A stretch of 64,000 nt of DNA from Lama glama (Eukaryota): the NCBI GenBank assembly GCA_028534125.1, contig CM052817.1, positions 5,210,001 to 5,274,000 of the forward strand, in the 5' to 3' direction. Below, in pieces: positions 24,590 to 34,597 of this stretch. Made by a program: the position numbers and the translations under genes. The notes below the pieces were generated by a model that saw nothing but the letters and a program-made list of their open reading frames with translations, was not told where the DNA came from and did no database searches. The number at the start of each line of letters is the position of its first letter. Position 1 is the first letter of the stretch.

Positions 24590-25950
24590 TGAGAAAATAG
24601 ACTATGGAGGAAAGAAGAAAGATATTGCATCCAAGAAACAAGAACAGGCTGCTATATAAAAGAGACAGTCAGGGAACCAAAGGAAGAGTTGTCTTGGAAT
24701 TTTAAAATATGACAGTGGAAATGATAAAACTAAAAGTTTTGAAAGTAAATTTATGAATTTGAGAAAATTTCCCAGAACCTTTAGAAAATGACAATGAGAA
24801 AAAAAGAAGAAAGAGGGAGAAAAGAAAGAAAATTAGAGTCCTGTCCAGGAAGTCTAATATATGAATAATAGAAATTACCAAAAGGGGAAAAAAATAACAA
24901 AAACAAAATGAGAGGAAATCTTCAAAGAAACAAACTTCAAGACCATTTCCTAGAACTGAAGGCACAAGTCTTCATGTTGAAAGGATCCACTGAGTGTCCA
25001 GCACAGTGGACATAAAGGGACTCACTGCAAGGAACACCATCATGAGATTTCAGAACACTAGTGACAAAGAAAAGATGCTACAATCTTCCAGAAAGAAAAA
25101 AATAGACCACGCAAATGGCAAGGGTCATGACAGTGTCGGGCACTGGGCCTCTCCACCACAGCAGTCTCACATCTACAAAGCAGCAACGCAATGCCTTTTT
25201 ACTCGAGAGGAAGTAACTTTTAACCCAGAATGCTCCACCCCGTTCTCTGTCAAGTGTGAGCATAGACTATCTTCAAACATCCAAAGTCTTATGAAATTTT
25301 AAATTTAAAATATCTGTCTCAGAAAGCTACATGAGAATGCACATTTGTTTCTAGAAAAAGGAATAAATCACTTAAGGAAAAAAGGTATGGCTTAAAGGAA
25401 GCCAGGATCTATGACGGGAGAGAGGCCATGGGGGTCTGGAGACCCTGATGAAGGAAGAGCCCAGAATATAACTCTGCATTGAGCCTTGACTGGCTTGAGT
25501 CAGACATTTCCAGGAGAGGTTTCTGGAAGAAAAATGTGTAGAATACCTGATACATCTGAATAGCATTTATGTACTCATAAAAATGCACAGGCAAATATTA
25601 ATCTAAGAATGAAGATTAAAATGCATTGGAAACCAGGAAAGCTTTGAAGGTTGAAGGGGGAGGTGGAGGGATAGATGAGAACGAAAGAGAACTAAACCCA
25701 GTCTTCTAAAGTGAAAAGGCAAAACAGCAAAATCGAGAAACAGTAACAGAAGTGCATTATCTCATAAGAGAAAGGTAATTAAAAAAAAATTGAAAACAGG
25801 CAAAAGAGCTGAGAGCTGTGACCTCCGGAGTAAGAGAAAAAGGGATGGCTGGGAGGCTGCTGTTTTCCGTAGCAGCACAGAAATAATCATTCGACCCCTT
25901 ACATTGGATACATGTAAATTTTGATAAAATTAAAATTTTATGAAGGAAGA
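24590..25950 (+). mobile_element. HAL1/L1ME ORF1-like remnant
   Basis: A-rich; ttcctagaactgaagg...catcatgagatttcagaacactagtgacaaagaaaagatgctaca translates to IMRFQNTSDKEKMLQSSRKKK, which is L1 ORF1-like. Confidence 0.7.
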
Positions 25951-26269
25951 CGTAGGCAGCATTTTTGCAATCTTGGAAAAAACAAACAAAAGAAATCTCG
26001 TTCTCGGCTCAGGTGAAAAGCCCAGGACTAGAAAGATGGCTTTGGTTGCCATGGCAAAGAAATTTAGGTAGATACCAAAATTTTGCAGACACATCCCAAC
26101 TCCACACAAATTCACTATGTGATTTGAGGTAAGTCCCATGAATTCTCTCAGCTCCACTTTCCCCTTGGGGCAAGGCAGGAGCTGAACTATTAGAGACACA
26201 GAATTCCCACCTGGAGCCTACATTTTGTGCCCAGGGTGCCCAGATTAGGAACACAGCTTGGCCAGGGAA

Positions 26270-26960
26270 GAGTCACACGAAGTCACGTGGAGGCGTTACA
26301 GAGGAGCGACGACCCGGAAGGCCCTGCAGCTCACTCCCTCCCGCTCTGAGAGCTCGGCAAGGTCGGCAGATCCGCATTTGTGCAGAGGGATGGAAATGCA
26401 GCTGGCTCCCCCTTTCTAACAGGGCAGGCTGCTGCCTGGCAGCTCCCTGCGAACCCCACTTCCACGTCAGCCCCAGGGCAGGGTGCCTCCCCAGAAGCCT
26501 CTCCACAACGTGTCCACCCAGGGGGAGCGTTGGTCACCGGGCGGCCACCGGCCCTGCCCTCTCCGGCCCTCCTCTGCTGGGAGCCCCCCCACCCCACCCG
26601 GCGTCGGCTCGGCCGGGGGCCCGTGGGGCTCGGGTCCGTGTGTTCCGCGACGCCTGTGCCGGGCGGGCGCCTGCGGGCCGAGGACCCTCCCCGGCAGAGC
26701 GAGCGTTCCCATCTCGGCCGCCCGCTGCCCGGGGTCTGCCCTCGGACGCGGGGACACTAAAAGCGGGCTGCAGAACACTTCGTGACAAGTCAAAACGAGA
26801 CACCGTGCTTTGGCTGTGGGCTCCTGATTGAAAATCACCGCGTTTTAAGAGCGGCCGAGAACGTAAGTGCCTGTGGTCTTTGGCGGATCCTCTGAGAGTC
26901 TATGTTCTAAGCAGCCGCGCAGCCGCCGTGGGAAGGAAGCCGTGAGCTGGAGGTGCTCAG
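26270..26960. promoter_or_regulatory. CpG island; candidate promoter or enhancer
   Basis: Very GC-rich; about 30 CpG counted by eye in 26521-26760; no recognisable repeat. Confidence 0.75.
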
Positions 26961-28455
26961 CCAGGAACCGTCCTTTAGACGGGGAACCAGAAAAGCCTTC
27001 GGCTTCTTGCAAATTCTGAACCCAGATACTCTCTGGAAGGAAAAAAAACCTCTCACTGAGAGAAGGAATCCTTGTGTCCACTGAAGTCTCCTGGAAGCGG
27101 TGTTGGCCTTCTGCATGTGGCAAAAATGGCCACTGTCCCAGAACCCTCCCCACCCCACCCTCTCCCTCTTTCAGAGCAAATCCATACAATCCAATAAAAC
27201 AAATGAAAACCAAAGATGCCCGAGTTTAATATTGAGGGGATATAATTCAAGTGCAGCCAGTTGGACAACTTCCCTGTTAATCAGAAGAATAACAAAGTTT
27301 TTCTCCTTGTGTTCTTTGTAGAACATAAAGTTAATACTCTGGGGAGGCTACATGGACGTGGAAGGGGCACAGGATGCAGAATTGAAGCCTGGACTGCCTC
27401 GGACTCACTACATCTCCCAGGAAAAGACTCAAAACCAGATTTCCCCCAACCTGGATATGTACTAGAATCACTTGAGAGCCTTCTTAAGAATTCAGATTCC
27501 CAGGCCCTCTGCCTCCAGACATAAGGCCCCGCTCTCTGTCCCGTTCCCAGCCCCAAGGTCGCTCTTACCTCCAAGTGCTCTCAGAGGCATTTGCTCCTCT
27601 CCTCTCCCCGTCAAGGAGTTAAGGCATCTGTAAAACAAAACTCAGTGACCAAAGCTTTTCAAGGTGGTGGTCCATTATCTTGATTGTGGTGATGGTTTCA
27701 GAGGCATAACTTCTTATCAGATCATGCGCCTTAACTATGTACAGTTTACTGTAAGTCAATTATCCTTCCAGAAAGCTATCTGAAAAAGTAGCTCACCAGA
27801 TGGTCTGAGTGCCACTCCTGGTTCAGGCCGGCAACATAATAACCATCTCCGAAGGAAGCAAGGGGGAGATGCATATGCGGGTCAGGATATGCAGGCTGAG
27901 CTTCGTAACCCACAGTTCCTGAAACACAGCGGCCCTGACAAGAGGGAGGCCTCTCCCTCCATCTCACGACAGCCCGGAGGAAGGCAGGCAGCCCAGGGTG
28001 GGTGGGGTTCTGCCCCACAGAGTCACGCAGGCACCCGGGTTCCTTCCCCTTGCTCTATGCCCACGTGGTGGAAGTGGACCGTGGCTATCTAGGGGCCACA
28101 TTCCTGCTTCTAAGAAGACTTAAAAAAGAGAGAGGGAGAGAGAGAGAGAAATTGTAGAGCTAGTGAGTTCTCAGGGAAGTGCTGTGCAAGCGGCTTCCTT
28201 CCGCTCACTCTCCCTGGGTGAGAACATGGTTGTGGGGCCGCATCTTGCTGCACGGGAAGCTGGGAGATGTACTTTCTGGCTATTAAAATGGGGAAGGAGT
28301 TTTCTGTTATTAAAGGAAGGAGAACAGTTAGCCATCTCTATCCTAGATTTGGGGGGTTGGGACGAAAAGATGTGGGAAGAACAAGTCTCAATAAATTATA
28401 TTGCCACACAGAGTCAGTCCTCAAGCACTGCGATTTCTGTTACTATGATGACTGG

Positions 28456-28895
28456 TGCATGAGTTTCCTCGCGATGATTCACACACCTCAGACTGGGGGG
28501 CATAAGGAATAGGAAATTATTGTCTCACAGTTCGGGAGGCTGCAAGCCTGAGGTCAAGGTGCCGCAGAATCGGCTCCTTCGGAGGGCTGGGAGGGCAACT
28601 CTGTCCTGGGCCTCCCTCCCAGCTTCTGGTCACCTCAGGCACCCCTGGGCCTGCAGGCGGTGCTCCCCTTACGTCTTCACATCGTCTTCCCTCTGTACAT
28701 GTCTCTGCCTCTCCACACGGATTTTTTAAAGATAAAGACACCAGTCATATTGAATTAGGGGCTCTCCCTACTCCAGTATGACTCCATCTTAACTCGCTGC
28801 AAAGACTCTATTTCCAAATAAGGTCACATTTGGAGGTCCTGGGGGTTAGGACTCCAACATATAAATTGGAAGGAGATGCCATTCAGCGCATCACA
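28456..28895 (-). mobile_element. MaLR solo LTR, MLT1C-like
   Basis: tgcatgagtttcct start; tctcacagttcgggaggctgcaagcctgaggtcaagg; tttccaaataaggtcacatt; ends catcaca. Confidence 0.85.
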
Positions 28896-29830
28896 AGCGG
28901 GAAAAGAACTGAGCTGGAAGTCGGGAAACTCGAGCTCACGTCCCAGTCCTGCCTTGTCCGTGGTCGTGGGCGATTTCCTGAGGTCTGGTCTCAGGGGCCT
29001 CCTGGGTCTTGCGGAAGCAAGCTCACCTGCTCGCAGGGCTGGGGGACAGACACCTGAAGCTTGTCGGCCAAGGCCCCGAGCAAACTGGGAAGGACCGTGC
29101 TGGCTCTGCCTCCCACCCTCCCCGACTGAAAGGTGGGCTCCCAGGGCAGGTGGGCTCTGTCACGAGCCGTCTTCCTGCCTGAAGTGCCTTCTTTTTGGGA
29201 TTGAACTTCGTGGGGGAGTCTCCCCACTGCTTTGTCAGAAGGGGCCTCAGAGAGAAATGCTACCGAGAGCGAAATACCTTCTATTCCCTTCAAGGAACGA
29301 AAAACCCCTTTTGGGCCACAGATGGGTAATTGTATTCACTGTTTCCGAATGTCAAGATGCCGGCCTGGGCCAGCTTTGCACTGAGATCAAACAGGCTCCC
29401 TGGGTCTCCTTTCTGCTGATGTGGGCGTGCGTGTATCCATGGTGTTAAAAGCCGATTCCTGAGCCCAGTGGGCTGGGCGGACTGTGCCAATCACACAGCA
29501 AAGAGATGGGGCGTCAGTCCTCCTCCAGGGTCAGACCTCAGGAAGACACGCCCCACTCCAGGGGAAACTCTCACTTCCCAGAACCTACAGTCTATGCTGC
29601 CTGACACTCGGAAACAAAATTGGAGCACCCCTGGGCCAAGGCTAAGGATGTGCTAAAGTGCTCATCAGATTTGCCATTTATAAATGTATCAAATCCACAC
29701 GTTATATGCCTTAAACTCACACAGTGTTATAAGTCAGTTATATCTTAATATTAAAAAAATTTCTGAAACATCACATGAAAATAATAAGACAAGTGAGGTT
29801 TTCCAGTCTAGGTTTAAAATTTTGTGATTA

Positions 29831-30614
29831 CAGTGGTCAGAATGGCCATCACTAAAAACTCCACAAATGATAAATGCTGGAGAGGATGTGGAGAAAAGGG
29901 AACCCTCATATACACTGTTGGTAGGAATGTAATTTGGTGCAGCCACTATGGAAAACAGTATGGAGATTCCTTAAAAAACTAAAAATAGACTTACCATATG
30001 ACCCAGCTATGCCACTCCTGGGCATATACCTGGAGAAAACTCTAATTCCAAAAGATACATGCACCCCAATGTTCATAGCAGCATTATTTACAGTAGCCAA
30101 GACATGGAAGCAACCTAAATGTCCACTGACAGATAAGTAGTTAAAGAAGTTGTGGTATATTTATACAATGAAATACTACTCAGCCATAAAAAAGAATGAA
30201 ATAATGCCATTTGCAGCAGCATGGATGGACCTAGAGATGATCATATTAAGTGAAGTAAGGCAGACAGAGACAAATATTATATTACATCACTTATGTGTGG
30301 AATCTAAAAAAATGGACACAAATGAACTTATTTACAAAAAAGAAAGAGACTCACAGACAAAGAAAACAAACTTATGGTTACCAAAAAGGATGGAGGGGTA
30401 AGGGTTTGGGATTTGCAGATAATAACTACTGTATATAAAATAGATAAAAAATAAGATCCTACTGTGTAGAACAGGGAACTGTATTCAATGTCTTATAATA
30501 ACCTATAATGAAAAAATATGAAAAGGAATATATAGAAGTGTAGACTGAATCATTCTGCTGTACACCAGAAACTAATGTAATATTGTGAATCAACTATACT
30601 TCAATTTTAAAAAA
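29831..30614 (+). mobile_element. Relatively young 5'-truncated L1 (ORF2 C-terminus and 3' UTR) with TSD
   Basis: Translates to [29 protein letters not shown]...[20 protein letters not shown] and [28 protein letters not shown], with an in-frame stop between them; TSD ttttgtgatta at 29820-29830 and 30618-30628. Confidence 0.95.
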
Positions 30615-30894
30615 GTTTTTTGTGATTAAAGGCCAGACTAAGTCTTATCATGAATTGATATTTGTTGGTGTTTTTAGAAATTAAGTTAGTAACCTAGTGT
30701 GGATGGAAGATGTGCCATCAGTCACATCCCTGGAGGGTGTGGGACTGGGTACAAACCTCCCTTTTCCCACGACATCCTGGGAATGTGCATCCTCCCCCAA
30801 ATCTGATCATGGCATTTCCTGGCTTTAGAATCTCCCATGGCTCCCCAGGGCCTTCAGGATAAAGACTGGAGGCAAGTCGTGACTGGCCTAAGAC

Positions 30895-30950
30895 TGTAGT
30901 TCTCCAGCTGTGGTATCCAGATCAGCGTCACCAGGAAATTTGTTAGAACT
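30895..30950. mobile_element. MER5A-like hAT MITE, left end only
   Basis: tagttctccagctgtggt...atcagcgtcaccaggaaatttgttagaa matches the MER5A start and then breaks off. Confidence 0.6.
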
Positions 30951-30954
30951 GTTG

Positions 30955-31035
30955 ATTAATCTTTGGCATCTGGAAATTACAGACAGGAGTTTTAATATTG
31001 TGGATATCAAGCCTGCCAATATGGAGGAGCTGACG
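30955..31035 (+). pseudogene. PPP2R2A: 81-bp retro-derived fragment of the PP2A B55 regulatory subunit CDS (about I200-T226 of B55alpha)
   Basis: Translates to [27 protein letters not shown], matching the conserved B55 WD40 segment of PPP2R2A/PPP2R2D; the nucleotides attaatctttggcatctggaaattacagacaggagtttt fit PPP2R2A better, from recall; similarity stops abruptly on both sides. Confidence 0.85.
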
Positions 31036-31036
31036 G

Positions 31037-32440
31037 TAAAAGCCCGGGGCACCCCGTCATGGGGGCGGGGGGGACCCCACAGTGCTTTCCGCCTTGGGGA
31101 GCTCCACCAGGTCCCACAAGAGGCCTCTGGCGGGGAGAGGAGCCAGGAGACCGTCTGAACAGACGCCAGGGCTCGCCTCCACCCGGCAAGGCTGCCCTCA
31201 GGGGGTGCCAGTCAGCCAGAGCCCGACCGGCTGAAGCTGCTGCCCTGCCTAACCGACCTGAGGAAGGGGAAAGCCAGCCCCAGCCCCCTCTGCCATCCTG
31301 CCCCAGAGAAGGGCGAGGAGGGGCAAGAGAAACCCTTGTGAAGTTCGTAGTCAGAGGCGCAGACTCACGGACAGGCCGAGGCCCAAACGCAGGACCAGGG
31401 AACACCCCCGTCCCCACACCTCGCCACCATGTCCCCGAAGGGCTGCTTCTAACAGCTCCTTTTACTCCGTGTGTTATGTCAGTCTGGAAGAAATCAGAAG
31501 GCATGCCACAGTGCAAGCAAGCAAACAAGAGGAAAAACAATCTGCAAAGAAAGGGAGCCAGCGTCAGAACAGACTTGGCAGGGAAGCTGGAATCACTAGC
31601 CTGGGGATTTGAAGCCACGGTCCCTGCACTACGGGCCCTGATGGGCACCGCGGACAGAAGGCCAGCGCAGAGGAGCCAGGCGAGTGGGGAGACCGAAGTC
31701 CTGAAAAGCAAACAGAAACGCCAGAGGTTAAAAACACTGCAATAGAAATGAAGAAAGCTTTCGATCAGCTTATTAGCAGACGGGACACCGCTGAAGGAAG
31801 ACTCTGAGCTACAGCATACGGCACTAAAACTTCAAGAAACAAAAAGCCAAGAGAACAAAGACTTTTAAAAACGGGAACAGATATCAAGGGCTGTGAGCTA
31901 ACTACAAAGGCTGTAACACGTGAACAATGAGGGTCCAGAAGGAGAAGGGGGGGCTGAAGAAACTCTCGGCACGGTAACAATGGAGACCCTCCCCGAATTA
32001 GTGTCAACGCCAAACCACAACTCAGGAAGCTCAGAGAACACCAAGCAGAATAAATGAAAACAAACAAACCAAAACCCAACCTCGGCACATCGTGCTCAAA
32101 CTATAGACAATTAAAGAGAAAGAAGAAATCCTGACAGAAGCCGGAAGAAAACAAACATCTTACCTTTAAACAACAAAGAGACGAATGACACCCAGCTTCT
32201 AAGAAACCATGCAAGTGAGAAGAGAATGGAGTGAAATGTTTAAACTGCTGAGGAAAAAACAAAACAAAACAACTAACTCAGAATGCTGTATTCTGCAAAA
32301 TAAACCTTCAAACGTTAAAAAGAAATGAAGTCTTTCTAGACAAGGATAAATGAGGGACTCTGTGGCCAGCACACCTACCCTGCAACAAGTGTTAAACATT
32401 CTTCAGAGAGAAGGAAAACAGCGTGTATATAGTCAGAATA
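31037..32440 (+). mobile_element. L1MC/L1MD-type 5' UTR and ORF1 remnant
   Basis: gcctaaccgacctgaggaagggg...ccagccccctct; DLAGKLESLAWGFEATVPALRALMG resembles L1MC ORF1 DMAGMLELSDREFKTTMINMLRALME; aaaaacactgcaatagaaatgaagaa. Confidence 0.8.
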
Positions 32441-32826
32441 ATGTACCAATACATACACTCAACAGAACCAAGACTGGTGCTTTCAAAAGATTAGTACAAT
32501 TGATAAGCCAGGCTAGCTTAAAAAAAAAAAAAAAAAAAAAAGCAGTGCCTGTAAGATAAGGAAGGAATCAGACAAGTTTACATCAAAGATGGTCCACATG
32601 ATGCTATTTGAAACAGCAAAGAATGCAAACAACCTAACCATTCAAGGGTAGCCTGCAGCTTGCCCCTGGACCCCTCGGGTCTCAGCTCCAGCGTTAGTTC
32701 ATCTGGGAAGCCTCCTGGACACCCCCTCAACCTCTCCTGTTCCCACCGCACCTCTCCCACATTGCCACTATGACAACTGTTTGCATTATGATCCTTTATC
32801 TTGTCTGTTTCTCTTTTAAGTACACC

Positions 32827-33001
32827 AGAGTTTGGCAAACCAAGGTGGGCCAGCCTGCCACCTGTTTTGTAAATAAAATGTTTAGGGACACAGCCACATC
32901 CATGAGTCACATATTGTCTACAGCAACTTTCACAAAATAGACCATGTGACCCCCAGATATTTACTATGTGTCCCATTACAGAGAAGGCTTCCCAAACTCT
33001 G
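32827..33001. mobile_element. MER58A-like hAT-Charlie MITE
   Basis: Inverted termini cagagtttggcaa...ttcccaaactctg; internal cctgttttgtaaataaa. Confidence 0.8.
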
Positions 33002-33139
33002 AACTATGCCATGCACCCTTTGAAGAAAGAAAAAGGCATTCATTTTTGCATCCTGTGAGGCATGTGGGCTGCCAGGCACACAGTAGGTGCTTCATAAATG
33101 TTGACTGAGTTGACTGATGAACCTGAGCCACCAAGCAGG

Positions 33140-33325
33140 CAGAAGTTCTCACACTCGTCTGTGCATCCTGATCACCTTGGGCATTTGTTAAAATGCAGGT
33201 TCCCAGGCCAAATGCCCTCACGTCTGATTGGATGGTTCTGGGGTAAAACTAGGGAATCTGCATGTTATTAATTACACATCCCCAAGGTGATGCTGATGCT
33301 GACAGACCTTACGCAAGCGCTGTTG
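33140..33325. mobile_element. MER5-like hAT-Charlie MITE
   Basis: atcaccttgggcatttgttaaaatgcaggttcccagg...ggaatctgcatgtt...ccccaaggtgatgctgatgc. Confidence 0.75.
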
Positions 33326-33399
33326 AGAGAGGGACACAGTGACATAGGGGATAGGGAATGTTTCTAGCCATTCGCTGGACTAGCTAACCCTCCAGCTAC

Positions 33400-34110
33400 A
33401 GGCTGGAGAAAACACATGAAATTTAATTTAAGTGCAGAGCTAAGCTCATAAAAACACATAAAGGAATTTCTAGGGCTCCAAGAAGGGGTTGGGGACTGAC
33501 CACCAGAGCAATTGCACAGGTAACCTGTGCCAGCCTGGGTGGGGGGAGGTGCAGAGTTGGGGTAACTTAGAGGCTGGGTGTTAGTGGGCTAACTGGGGCT
33601 GAGAGACGAGGCTGTAGGTCTAAGCATGATGGAGAGTTAAAACTGAGGACCCCACCGGGAAGCAGGGACCCTCAACAGACTCTAATTTCAGTGATTCAGT
33701 GAGGGATGGATTAGAAAACTCCTCCACCAGCCCCGGGAGCTGACCAACAAGCTAGTCTCTCTCAACCATGTTGTCCCTTGAGAACTCATTCCTATGGCTT
33801 ATCTGTGTTCAAACTTGGTGTTAGCAGTTACACTCCCCACATAGTTGAGGAACCCTCAGGCAGCAAAATTAGCCTAAGAGGCCAGGTTAACTAGGATCAT
33901 GAATCAATATTTGTTGTTTGTTTTAGAAATTAAGTTAGCAGCCCAGTGTTGATGAGGTGCCTGGAGGACGCATGTGCAAAAATCTCCTTGAAAGTGCAAC
34001 CCTCGACTCCAGCTGCAAAGCTTGCCCACCAAAAGTGAGCTCACACACCACAATCACAAAACAAAAAACGTGAGTCGGCAGACATAGCCAAATGCTAGTA
34101 ATAGAACTAT
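33400..34110 (+). mobile_element. HAL1/L1ME 5' UTR-like remnant
   Basis: gagttaaaactgaggacccc...gggaccctcaa...aaaattagcctaa...gtgagctcacacaccacaatcacaaaaca. Confidence 0.45.
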
Positions 34111-34114
34111 CATA

Positions 34115-34597
34115 TTCCGCTGTTTCTCACCACCTTCCCGACACCGCCTCCTCTAAGTGGGGTTACTGCTTCTGCCCTGTCCTCACTGCAGTACATTGTC
34201 GACCCTGACGATCAGAGTGAGCTTGATAAAACATCATCTGATCACATCCCCTGTGGCTCAGAATCCTCCTGTGTGTCTCCATCTCAAACAGTGAAAGCTG
34301 TGAGGCTTGATGTCCCCCAGCCCCTCACTGCCCGTGAGAGCTCACCTTTGATACCCCTACCCATCCCCCACTCTATACCTGAGAGCATCCTGTGTCCCCC
34401 AAACACACCCAGACTACCTCTGTATTCTCTGTTTTACTTATTCTGTTTGTTTGTTGTCTGTCTTCACTATTATATTGTAAGCACAAGACTGGGGTTTTGT
34501 CTGTTTTGTTCCTCGCTGTGTCCCTGGTGCTTAAAATAGTGCCTGGAACATACTAGGTGCTCAACATGTGTTGAAGGAAGGAATGAATGAATGAGTT
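34115..34597 (+). mobile_element. L2 LINE 3' end
   Basis: gtctgttttgttcctcgctgtgtccctggtgcttaaaatagtgcctggaacatactaggtgctcaa...gaatgaatgaatga. Confidence 0.8.

Noticed and set aside
29934..30401. Functional L1 ORF2
   Set aside because: 5'-truncated to under 0.8 kb, with an in-frame stop.
30910..31158. A real PPP2R2A or PPP2R2D exon
   Set aside because: Similarity starts and ends mid-domain, no other B55 exons are seen in 64 kb, and the flanks are repeats.
31641..31661. REST/RE1 site (gcaccgcggacag)
   Set aside because: Only the core matches; the TCA 5' part and the GCC 3' part are missing, and it lies inside a mutated L1.
31007..31745. Overlapping 228-aa and 234-aa ORFs as a novel PP2A-L1 fusion gene
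   Set aside because: Neither is in frame with the B55 fragment. They are explained by loss of stop codons in a GC-shifted L1 remnant. The B55 frame itself stops at 31158.
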